Below, one piece after another: positions 18,316-26,651 of a stretch of 64,000 bases of DNA (positions are counted from its first letter, which is position 1; every line of letters starts with the position of its first letter). Both the position numbers and the translations under genes were made by a program. The stretch is from contig CAWIHV010000003.1 of NCBI GenBank assembly GCA_963835985.1, forward strand, positions 100,006 through 164,005. The letters run 5' to 3'. Under the pieces are notes generated by a model. The model worked only from the letters and a program-made list of their open reading frames with translations, searched no databases and was not told where the DNA came from. This DNA comes from an uncultured Actinomycetes bacterium. Its GTDB lineage: Bacteria; Actinomycetota; Acidimicrobiia; IMCC26256; DASPTH01.

Positions 18316-19529
18316 TCAGAGGACCGCGCCGGACTCCTTGAGCTCCACGATGCGGTCCCACGAGCACCCGAGCTCGAGCAGCACCTCTTCGGTGTGCTGG
18401 CCGTGGTCGGGCGCGGGCGTGAGCGTCGGCAGGGCGTCGTCGAACTGGGCCGGGCTGGCCACCAGCGGGTACTCGATCGCGCCCTCCACGGTCGGCACGA
18501 AGTGGTTGGCGACGACCTGTGGATCGACGGCCGCTTCGGCCGCGGTCTGGACGACGGTCCACGGCGTCGACAGCCCTCGCAGCACCGGCAGCCAATCGGC
18601 GAGGTCACGCGAGGCGAACAGCTCGTCGAGCAGCGCGATCAACTCGGCCCGGTGGCGGAGCCGCTCGGCGCCGGTGACGAAGCGCTCGTCGGTGAGGAGA
18701 TCAGGACGGTCGACGACCTCGCAGAAGTTCTCGAAGTGGTGCTCGGTCTGGATGCCGGCGAGGTACACGAGGCGGTCGTCACGCGTGCGCGTACGCGGCG
18801 ACGAGCGGGTTCGGCAGGTCGGCGTGGCGCATGCGCGGGATGGTGTCGACGTCGTACAGGAGGCTCGCGAGCACCGCTGGCGCACCGACCCACATCGCGG
18901 CGGAAAGGAGCGACACATCGACCACCGCACCGCGGCCGGTGCGCTCCCGGCGGTACAACGCGGCGGCGATCGCACCAGCGAGCGATGCACCCGCGGTGAG
19001 ATCACCCATCGCCGGTCCGGGTTGCGGCACGAACTCGTCGGCGACCTGGCTCGCGCTCGTGGCCGAGGCCGGCGCGCGCCCAGAAGTCGGTGTGGTCGTA
19101 GCCACCGGCGTCGCGTTCCGGACCGAGGGCACCGTGCGCGGTTGCGCGTGCGTAGACGAGCCGCGGGTTGATCGCGTGGAGATCGTCGGGGTCGACACCG
19201 AACCGCTCGCGCGCGCCGGGGAGCAGGTTGGTGAGGAACACATCGGCGTCCCGCACGAGGTCGTGCAACACGGCGCGGCCGTCCGGGTTCGAGACGTCGA
19301 TGCCGATGCAGCGCTTGCCCCGGTTGAGCTGCTCCCACATGAAGGCGACGCCGACATCCTTCTCGGGCAGCCCGGCGATCGGCGTGCCCATCATCGGGTC
19401 GGCTTGCTTCGGCGGGACCACCTTGAGCACGTCGGCCCCCCAGTCGGCGAGCACCGCCGCCGCCGACGGCGCGAACGCGTACAACGAGAGCTCGACGACG
19501 CGCACACCGTCGAGCAGGTCGTAGCTCAT
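18316..19529 (-). pseudogene. Family III CoA-transferase (CaiB/BaiF type); frame breaks near 19085 and 18795
   Basis: MSYDLLDGVRVVELSLYAFAPSAAAVLADWGADVLKV..NRGKR..DVFLTN is followed by GDLTAGASLAGAIAAALYRRERTG and then the C-terminal DHGQHTEEVLLELG. These lie in three frames. The ATG overlaps the upstream stop (ATGA). Confidence 0.8.
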
Positions 19530-20684
19530 ACGTGCAGCAGCTTCCGGAGGTTGGTCTCGGCGATCTTGCGCGGCGTCCTCGTCGGGCACGTCGGCGAGCG
19601 CCTTCTCGAGGTACTCGTGGTTGTGGGGCCACAGGCCGTCGCCGTGCGGGTAGTCGCCTTCGAAGACGAGGTTGTCGACGGGCACGTCGCCGAGCGAGCG
19701 GAGCGCGAAGTGCTCGTCGACGAGGCACACGTACATGTGGTCGCGGAACAACTGGCTCGGGGGGATCTCGCCGCCCTTCGACGTCTGGCCGATGGAGGGG
19801 TTCGGCTGGATGCGCGGATCGTGGAACGCCTTGTCCGCACGCTCGAGCACGTACGGGATCCAGCCCGCGCCACCCTCCGAGAGGATCACCTTGATGTTCG
19901 GGTGCCGCTCGAGGATCCCGCTCATCAACCAGTCGATGCAGGCCATCATCGAGTTGAGCCCGTTGCACGACACGAGCACGGTCGGCGGCGCGTCCGGCGA
20001 CGTCGTGACCAGTCGCGACGACGACCCGATGTGCATGCACACCGGCAGCTCGAGCTCGTCGACCACCGACCACAGCGGTTCCCAGTGATCGGTGTGGACC
20101 GACGGGAGGCCGAGCACGGTCGGGTTCTCCGAGAACGCGATCGCCTTCGCGCCCTTCGCCGCCACCCGCCGCAGCTCGTCGATCGCGAGATCGATGTCGT
20201 ACAGCGGAAGGATGGCCGCGCCGTAGAGCCGCGCCGGATTCGTCGCGCACCACTCGTCGAGCAGGTAGTCGTTGTAGACCTTCAGGCACTCGAGGCCGAG
20301 CTCGCGGTCGTCGACATCGAGGAAGAAGCGGTGCCCGGCGAACCGCGAGTAGTTGGGGAAGCACAGCTGACCCCACACGCCGTCGACGTCCATGTCGGCG
20401 AGGCGCGCCACCGGGTCGTAGCAACCGGGCCGGATCTCGTCGAAGCGCGCCGGTCCCCGGGCGCGGGCGGATACCCCTGCTCGGGGAACCCGGGGAGCGG
20501 CCGGCACGAACCCATCGGGATGTACGTGAGCTCACCCTCGTAGCTCCACGCCTGCCGTCCGTCGACCTCGACGATGCGGGGGCAGGTGTCGCGGTACTTG
20601 GCCGCGACGCGGTCCACCCAGAGGTGCGGGCGGCTCGATCATGTGGTCGTCGGCCGACATCAGCTTCACGTCGCTGGGCAGCAT
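19526..20684 (-). pseudogene. Amidohydrolase-2 family (PF04909-type) protein, paralog 1; frame breaks near 20632, 20460 and 19570
   Basis: MLPSDVKLMSADDHMIEPP(HLWVDR)..., DMDVDGVWGQLCFPN, LPVCMHIGSS, EGDYPHGDG and the C-terminal AKIAETNLRKLLHV. GGAGG lies upstream of the ATG at 20684. One break is an extra C in a C-run. Confidence 0.8.
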
Positions 20685-20702
20685 CGGGGGCCTCCGGAGG
20701 AG

Positions 20703-20718
20703 TTAGTCGGTTGACTAA
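20703..20718. promoter_or_regulatory. Inverted repeat TTAGTC-GGTT-GACTAA in the 54-bp divergent intergenic region (candidate TetR operator)
   Basis: Perfect 6-bp arms. The repeat sits 21 nt from the TetR ATG (20739) and 19 nt from the amidohydrolase ATG (20684). Confidence 0.4.
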
Positions 20719-20738
20719 AACGGTACTACGATCGGCGG

Positions 20739-21341
20739 ATGGCCGCTCGCCCCCGGGGACGTGACGAGGTGAGCGCCGCGCTCCTGCAGTCGGCCCGCCG
20801 CCTGATCGCCGACCGGGGACCCGGGGTCTCCCTGCGGGAGATCGCCGACGACGCGGGCGTCAACTTCGGGCTGCTGTACCACTACTTCGGGGCCAAGGCG
20901 CAGCTCGTCGACGTCGTGTACACCGCCGCAGCGGAGGCCAACACCGAACGCCTGTCCGACGCGGAGCACCTCGAGGACGCGGTGCAACGGCTCATGGTCA
21001 GCGGCGACGGCACGACCGCCCGCCTCCTGGGGTGGGCCGTGCTCGAGGGCCGCGGCGCCGATCCCGTGTTCCGCGACTCCCCCACGCTCGAGCTCCTGGC
21101 CACGCTCGCCCGGAAGGACGCCGCGAGCGCCGGCACGCGTCTGGACGACGACGAGGCGCAGGTGTTCGCGGCGTTCACCATGGCGCTCGCGATCGGCTGG
21201 CGACTGTTCGGCGAGACCGCGCTGCTCGCGGCCGGACTCGATGCCGACCCCGAGCGATGGACGCCCACGATCCTGGAGTACGTGCACCACCTCGCCGACA
21301 CCGTCGTCGGCACGGAACGAGGAGACACCGATGCCGACTGA
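20739..21341 (+). CDS. TetR-family transcriptional regulator
   Basis: N-terminal HTH SLREIADDAGVNFGLLYHYFGAKAQL. The ORF is intact at 200 aa. Confidence 0.9.
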   Translation: MAARPRGRDEVSAALLQSARRLIADRGPGVSLREIADDAGVNFGLLYHYFGAKAQLVDVVYTAAAEANTERLSDAEHLEDAVQRLMVSGDGTTARLLGWAVLEGRGADPVFRDSPTLELLATLARKDAASAGTRLDDDEAQVFAAFTMALAIGWRLFGETALLAAGLDADPERWTPTILEYVHHLADTVVGTERGDTDAD

Positions 21342-22163
21342 GTCGGCCGCGGACGAAGGGAACGACGACGTGGCGTACGCGGACATCGGCGAGGTGCAGC
21401 TGTTCTTCACCGACGAGGGCGAGGGCGACCCTCCGATCCTCATGGTGCACGGGTTCTCGTGCGACGGGCACGACTGGATGTGGCAGATCCCGTACTTCGC
21501 GGAGCGCCATCGTGTGATCGTCGTCGACCTCCGCGGTCACGGCCGGTCCTCGGTACCCGCCGACGGCTACGAACCGAAGCAGTTCGCCGCCGACATCGCC
21601 GGACTGCTCGAGCAGCTCGACGTCGGTCCGGTGATCGCGATGGGCCACTCGCTCGGTGGTGCCATCGTGAGTGCGCTGGCGATCGAGCACCCGGAGCTGG
21701 TGTCGGCGGTGGTGAGCGTCGACCCCGGGTATCTGCTGCCCGACGAGGTCCGACCCATCGTGGAGGGCATGGCCTCGGCCCTCGCCACCACCGATCCGAT
21801 CGCCGCCGCGCAGCAGTTCCTCTCGGCCAGCTACTCGACCGCGACGCCACCCGCGCTCAAGTCCTTCCACATGCGCCGCATCGCCGGCGTTCCCGGCCCG
21901 GTCCTCGTGGCGACGCTCGGTGGGCTCTTCGTCGGGCCCGACTCACTCGGCTACCGAGACACCTCGGTTCCCTACCTCCGCCGTCGCGCCTGTCCGGTTC
22001 TCGCCTTCTACACCGACCCCGAGCGCGCCGCCTTCGAGGCCACGCTGTTCGAGGATCCGCGATCGCGGTCGATCGCCTGGGCCGGATCAGGGCACTGGCT
22101 GCACCAGGAGCGACCGGTCGAGTTCAACACGCTCTGGTCGACGGCTGGCTCGCGTCGCTCTGA
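21331..22163 (+). pseudogene. Alpha/beta-hydrolase (epoxide-hydrolase/haloalkane-dehalogenase-like); frame break near 22135
   Basis: PILMVHGFSCDGHDW, DLRGHGRS, GHSLGG and GSGHWLHQERP. The expected C-terminus LVDGWLASL-stop (22163) is in another frame. As written, the ORF runs on to 22200. Confidence 0.8.
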
Positions 22164-22173
22164 AGACCTCGGC

Positions 22174-22201
22174 TTGACGCATGCCGATATAGGAATATGA
22201 T
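22174..22201 (+). promoter_or_regulatory. Sigma-70-like promoter (TTGACG - 16 nt - TATGAT) placed for a leaderless ArsR transcript, with embedded inverted repeat
   Basis: The -10 ends 6 nt before the ATG at 22208. CATGCCG...CGGCATG arms and an ATAT-AGGA-ATAT core span the promoter. Confidence 0.45.
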
Positions 22202-22207
22202 TGCGGC

Positions 22208-22549
22208 ATGGCACGGGCTGCGACGACGTCGGACGTCTTCAACGCGATCGCCGAGCCGCAGCGCCGGGAGATCCTGGTGCTGCTGCGGGCGGGCGAGCGG
22301 CCGGTGACCGAGTTGGCGCATGAGCTGGGAATGACCCAGCCGGGGGCGTCCAAGCACCTGCGGGTGCTCCGGGAGGTCGGGCTGGTGCGGGACCGCAAGG
22401 CAGGCAAGCAGCGCCTCTACGGCCTCGACGCCCGCGGGCTGCGACCAATCCACGAGTGGAGCGGCGGGTTCGAGCGGTTCTGGAACGAGAGCTTCGACCG
22501 GCTGGACGCGTACGTCCAGGACCTCGAGCAGGCACGGCAGGAGGACTGA
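22208..22549 (+). CDS. ArsR/SmtB-family transcriptional regulator
   Basis: The winged HTH FNAIAEPQRREILVLLRAGERPVTELAHELGMTQPGASKHLRVLREVGLV is present. Confidence 0.9.
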   Translation: MARAATTSDVFNAIAEPQRREILVLLRAGERPVTELAHELGMTQPGASKHLRVLREVGLVRDRKAGKQRLYGLDARGLRPIHEWSGGFERFWNESFDRLDAYVQDLEQARQED

Positions 22550-22552
22550 CCG

Positions 22553-23044
22553 ATGGCAGCGACGGCCGACCGCGAGATCGTGATGTCCCGCGTCATCAGC
22601 GCTCCACAAGAGCTGGCGTTCGAGGCGTTCACCGAGGTGCGGCACCTGTCGCAGTGGTGGGGACCGGAGGGGTTCACCACCACGACGCGGGCGTTCGAGT
22701 TCCGCGTCGGTGGGGAGTGGGACTTCGTGATGCACGCACCGGACGGGACGGACTATCAGGAGTGGATCTCCTACACCGAGATCGCTCCGCCGGAGCGAAT
22801 CGCGCTGCTCCACGGTGAGTCCCGCGGCGACCCGAACGCCTTCGAGACGGTCATCACGTTCGCGCCCGACGGCGCGGCGACCCGGATCGAGATGCGGACG
22901 GTGTTCCCCACCAAGGAGCTGCGCGACGAGGCGGTCGAGAAGTACCACGCGATCGAGGGCGGCCAGCAGACCCTCAGCAACCTGGCTGCCTACCTCATCG
23001 CCATCGTTCAGCAGGGAAGCGTTCGGAAGGGAGTGGAGGACTGA
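22553..23044 (+). CDS. SRPBCC / AHSA1-domain (activator of Hsp90 ATPase homolog 1-like) protein
   Basis: SRVISAPQELAFEAFTEVRHLSQWWGPEGF and DFVMHAPDGTDY are present. The protein is a typical partner of ArsR regulators. Confidence 0.9.
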   Translation: MAATADREIVMSRVISAPQELAFEAFTEVRHLSQWWGPEGFTTTTRAFEFRVGGEWDFVMHAPDGTDYQEWISYTEIAPPERIALLHGESRGDPNAFETVITFAPDGAATRIEMRTVFPTKELRDEAVEKYHAIEGGQQTLSNLAAYLIAIVQQGSVRKGVED

Positions 23045-23703
23045 TGGCCGGCAAGGTGTTCTTCAGCGTGTCCATGTCGCTGGACGGGTTCATCGCCCCC
23101 GACTCCCCCGACGAGTTGATGGGACAGCAGTGGATGGAGCTGCAGCAGTGGGTCTTCCCGCTGCGGTTCACCCGGGAGAACCTGCACCTCGGCGAGGGCG
23201 GCGAGGAAGGACGCGACAACGACATCGCACGCGAGACGTTCGAACGCACCGGCGCGAGCGTGATGGGCAAGCGCATGTTCGACGCCGGCGAGCACGCGTG
23301 GCCGGAGGCCGCGCCGTTCCACACGCCGGTCTTCATCGTGACGCACGAGCAGCGTGACCCCTGGGAGCGGGCGGGCGGGACCACCTTCCACTTCGTCAAC
23401 GACGGCATCGAGCCCGCGCTCGACCAGGCCCGCGAGGCCGCCGGCGATCGCGACGTCCGCATCGCGGGCGGCGGCGCGACGATCCTGGAGTACGTGAACG
23501 CGGGCCTGATCGACGAGTTCTCGATCGCGTTGTCACCCGTGTTGTTCGGCTCCGGCATCCGCCTGTTCGAGGGCGTGGACGCGGGCCGCGTGGCCCTGGA
23601 GCCGGTCCGCGCGGAGCCCTCCCCCAGGGTGACGCACCTGACCTACGCCCTACAGAATCCTGAATCAGCTCCGCGGCGTCGACGTCGTCACACTCGGAAC
23701 TGA
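23044..23703 (+). CDS. Dihydrofolate-reductase-like (RibD C-terminal domain) family protein
   Basis: Motifs: KVFFSVSMSLDGFIA, GKRMFD, VFIVTH and RIAGGGATILEYVNAGLIDEF. Confidence 0.85.
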   Translation: MAGKVFFSVSMSLDGFIAPDSPDELMGQQWMELQQWVFPLRFTRENLHLGEGGEEGRDNDIARETFERTGASVMGKRMFDAGEHAWPEAAPFHTPVFIVTHEQRDPWERAGGTTFHFVNDGIEPALDQAREAAGDRDVRIAGGGATILEYVNAGLIDEFSIALSPVLFGSGIRLFEGVDAGRVALEPVRAEPSPRVTHLTYALQNPESAPRRRRRHTRN

Positions 23704-23760
23704 GCTTCCTGGTCCGCATCACGTCTTCGGGAAGAGGACCCCGTCGTAGGGTCGCGCACC

Positions 23761-25061
23761 GTGGAGACGGCAGCCGTCGTGGTGGGGATCGTTGCGTGCG
23801 TGGTCGTCGTAGCACGCCCCGCGTTGCGCTCGTCGCTCGCATGGCGAGCCACGGTGACGCCGCTGGCTTCGATCATCGGAAGCGGCTTCCTGGTGCTCGC
23901 CCCACTGCTGGCCAGCACGGTCGCAGAGTGGGCACCCGTCGCGATGTTGGCCATCGCGCTGGCCGCGTACGCCATCGGTTCATCGCTCCGCTTCAACATC
24001 GTTCACGTCGAAAACGAGCTCGCCGCGTCCCGAGCCGTTTCAGCCAGTCGTGGACATCGAGCGTCTCTCTCGTGTCGCACTCGGTCTCGCCTACACGATC
24101 TCCGTCGCGTTCTACCTGCGGCTCCTCGCGTCGTTCGTCCTCGACGCGGTCGGCGCTGACACCGACCTCAACGGCCGGCTCGTCACGACGGCGATTCTCG
24201 TCTCGATCGGCGTTCTGGGCCTCGTGCGCGGTCTGCACGGCATCGAAGCCGTCGAGATTCCCGCCGTCGACTTCAAGCTCGTCGTCATCGCCGGGCTGCT
24301 GGCCGGCATGTTCGCCTACGACGCGCTCCACGGCTCCGCGACGACGGCCGCCTACGGGCATCATCCCGTCGACCTCGGCGGCATGACCGTCGCCCGGCGC
24401 CTCGCGGGCATGCTGCTCGTCGTCCAGGGCTTCGAGACCTCGCGCTACCTCGGCCACTACTACGACCGCCGAGCTACGGGCACGAACCATGCGATCGGCT
24501 CAACTCATCAGCGGCGGCATCTACGTCGTCTTCGCGGCGTTGGTCGTCCCTTTCTTCGGGCATCTCGGGTCAGGCCCACGAGAAACCGCGATCCTCGAAG
24601 CGGCCCGCATCGTGTCGCCCGTTCTCGTGCCGCTGCTCGTCCTCGCCGCGATCGCCAGCCAACTCTCTGCTGCCGCCGCCGACACCGCCGGCGGCAGCGA
24701 GATGCTGACCGATCGTCCCCGCCACCGAGGAGGCAACATCGGCTACCCGGCAGTCGCGTTGGGCGCCGCGCTCGTCGCGTGGTTCGCCGACATCTTCTCC
24801 ATCATCAGCTTCGCGTCCCGCGCGTTTGCCATCTACTACCTCCTCCAAGCCCTCCTCACCGCGATCGTGGCGTGGCGCACGCGGACACCTCGCCACCTCC
24901 TCATCACCGTTGCCAGCTCCCTGCTGGCTGCCGGCCTGCTCTTCGTCGCGATCGCCGCGATTGCCAGGCGAATGACGCCCCACGGCTCAGGGACTGAGCG
25001 GTTTCGCCAGACCCGACATCCCGACACGTCGCCGGCCGGGCCATCGCGAACAATCGGGTGA
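23761..25061 (+). pseudogene. Polytopic membrane protein of unknown function; frame breaks near 24040 and 24480
   Basis: Hydrophobic helices run continuously through ORFs 23761..24159, 24050..24997 and 24489..25061 in three frames. No family recognised. Confidence 0.6.
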
Positions 25062-25137
25062 GCAGCCCCGCCCGCGACCATCGGACGCACTCAGGCTGAC
25101 CCACACACAGGTTCGGCGGTTCTGGCGCGCGTCCGGA

Positions 25138-25320
25138 TCACATCGGGTTGGCGCTGCCCCCACTGTCACGGGGGTCGCCAACCTCTCCCCGTAGCCAGGC
25201 GTCGACCGCCTCCTGGTAGTTGTTGTCGTACTTGCGGAGTAGGGCTTGGAACTGTTCCGACTCGACGTAGGCGTCGTGCCACGTGCGCGGAACGGCGTGC
25301 CCTTGGTGATCCTCAGTCAT
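25138..25320 (-). CDS. Small hypothetical protein (60 aa)
   Basis: Intact ORF with a less biased, protein-like composition (YVESEQFQALLRKYDNNYQEAVDAWL). No family recognised. Confidence 0.35.
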   Translation of the reverse strand: MTEDHQGHAVPRTWHDAYVESEQFQALLRKYDNNYQEAVDAWLRGEVGDPRDSGGSANPM

Positions 25321-25487
25321 GAGACAAACCCTACGCCCGCGTTCTGGATCTTCGTGAGCGGTACTTCACCGAAGCGCGGCAGGACGTGCGTGTTGAGGTA
25401 GCGCTCGTCGCGCCCATCGGGGTCGTGGTCGCGGACGAGAGACGCGTGCTTCCCGCCCCTCTGACGAGCGAACCACACGCCAGATGT
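25317..25487 (-). mobile_element. Possible relic of a tyrosine-integrase N-terminal (SAM-like) region next to the tRNA 3' end
   Basis: RDERYLNTHVLPRFGEVPLTKIQNAGV resembles the Y...HVLP.FG..PL..I motif of phage/ICE integrases. No catalytic domain follows, and a stop occurs at 25317. Confidence 0.3.
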
Positions 25488-25510
25488 TCTCCGACCTGCG
25501 GCTTCCCGAG

Positions 25511-25584
25511 TGGGCGATACGGGACTCGAACCCATGACCTCTGCCGTGTGAAGGCAGCGCTCTAACCAACTGAGCCAATCGCCC
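25511..25584 (-). tRNA. tRNA-Val (anticodon CAC)
   Basis: The reverse complement folds as a cloverleaf by hand: acceptor GGGCGAT/ATCGCCC, D arm GCTC..GAGC, anticodon stem CTGCC/GGCAG with loop TTCACAC, T arm ATGGG-TTCGAGT-CCCGT, discriminator A. CCA is not encoded. Confidence 0.93.
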
Positions 25585-25645
25585 GGAGCAAGCGAGGATA
25601 GCGAACGTCTTCCCGGGTAGCCTCCCCGACGGCAAGGGAGCGACG

Positions 25646-26314
25646 GTGGGCGACGAGCACGACCAGCTGGACGCAGAGGGCCTGGGGATGCCCCTGGTCG
25701 AAGCGATGGAGACGCAGCGCGCGGTGCGCCGGCTCCTCCCCGACCCCGTCGACGACGACACGCTGGTCCGCGTCCTCGAGCTCGCCACCAAGGCACCGAC
25801 CGGCAGCAACCTGCAGGGCTGGGAGTTCGTGGTCGTGCGCGACCCCGACGTGAAGCACCAGCTCGCCCGGCTCAACCGCCAGGCGTGGTCGATCTACCGC
25901 CGGGTCGGCAAGCGGCGGGCCAAGGGCCACCGGCCCACCCTCAAGATCATCGAGGCGGTCCAGTGGCAGGCCGACCACTTCGAGGAGGTCCCGGTCGTCG
26001 TCGTGGCGTGCCTGCACGGGCGCTCCCCCGTGTTCGGCCCGCCCGTGCTGGCGTCGAGCTGGTACGGCTCGGCCTATCCCGCGGTGCAGAACCTGCTGCT
26101 CGCGGCCCGCGCCGTCGGCCTGGGCGCCACCCTCACCACGCTGCCGCTCTGGTCCACCACGCTCGCCCGCCGCACCCTCGGTCTCCCCTCGAACGTCACC
26201 CCGGTGGCCGTCGTCCCCATGGGTTGGCCGAAGGGCAGGTACGGCCCGACGACCCGCAAACCGGTCGGAGAGGTGGTCCATCTGGACCGTTACGGGAATC
26301 GGCCGTTCCGGTAA
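25646..26314 (+). CDS. Nitroreductase-family protein (paralog 1 of 3)
   Basis: RAVRRLLPDPVDDDTLVRVLELATKAPTGSNLQGWEFVVV and SAYPAVQNLLLAARAVGLG are present. The start is a GTG. Confidence 0.85.
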   Translation: MGDEHDQLDAEGLGMPLVEAMETQRAVRRLLPDPVDDDTLVRVLELATKAPTGSNLQGWEFVVVRDPDVKHQLARLNRQAWSIYRRVGKRRAKGHRPTLKIIEAVQWQADHFEEVPVVVVACLHGRSPVFGPPVLASSWYGSAYPAVQNLLLAARAVGLGATLTTLPLWSTTLARRTLGLPSNVTPVAVVPMGWPKGRYGPTTRKPVGEVVHLDRYGNRPFR

Positions 26315-26403
26315 GATGTTGCTCCCAGAACTGCAGCCGCCGGGGGCTCCGGTTGCGGCAGCACACGGTCCCAAGTTCGCTGTCTTGCAAGGCAGGTGAC
26401 GAC

Positions 26404-26622
26404 GTGCCGAGAAAAGGACGAGCTCGCCGGTTCCGCGAAGCGCGGGAACTGAAGCAGGGCTTCGACGACGGGTTGTTCAGCGAGGGCTCGGGCACGCTCG
26501 CCGACGTCGACCTCGACGCTGACGCGGAGGACGACGACGAGTTCGACGACGAGGACGACTGGGACGACGACGACCCCCTCAACGACGACCCGCTGAAGGA
26601 AGACGAACGCCGCGCCATCTGA
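26404..26622 (+). CDS. Small basic-then-acidic protein (possibly DUF3073-like)
   Basis: GTG at 26404. A basic head PRKGRARRFREARELKQ is followed by a D/E-rich tail. Its position next to aceE and its composition resemble DUF3073 proteins. This is weak. Confidence 0.5.
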   Translation: MPRKGRARRFREARELKQGFDDGLFSEGSGTLADVDLDADAEDDDEFDDEDDWDDDDPLNDDPLKEDERRAI

Positions 26623-26641
26623 TCTGACACACCGTCAGATC
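26621..26641. terminator. Hairpin GATCTGAC-ACACC-GTCAGATC between convergent genes
   Basis: Perfect 8-bp stem and 5-nt loop. It overlaps the TGA of the 26404 gene and lies 10 nt from the aceE stop. Confidence 0.5.
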
Positions 26642-26651
26642 GCGCTGAGCG

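Noticed and set aside
22208-26314. A genomic island or prophage integrated at tRNA-Val.
   Set aside because: Apart from a 56-codon integrase-like fragment, the flanking genes are ordinary regulators, a membrane protein and a nitroreductase. I saw no phage or conjugation genes and no second att-like copy of the tRNA end by eye.
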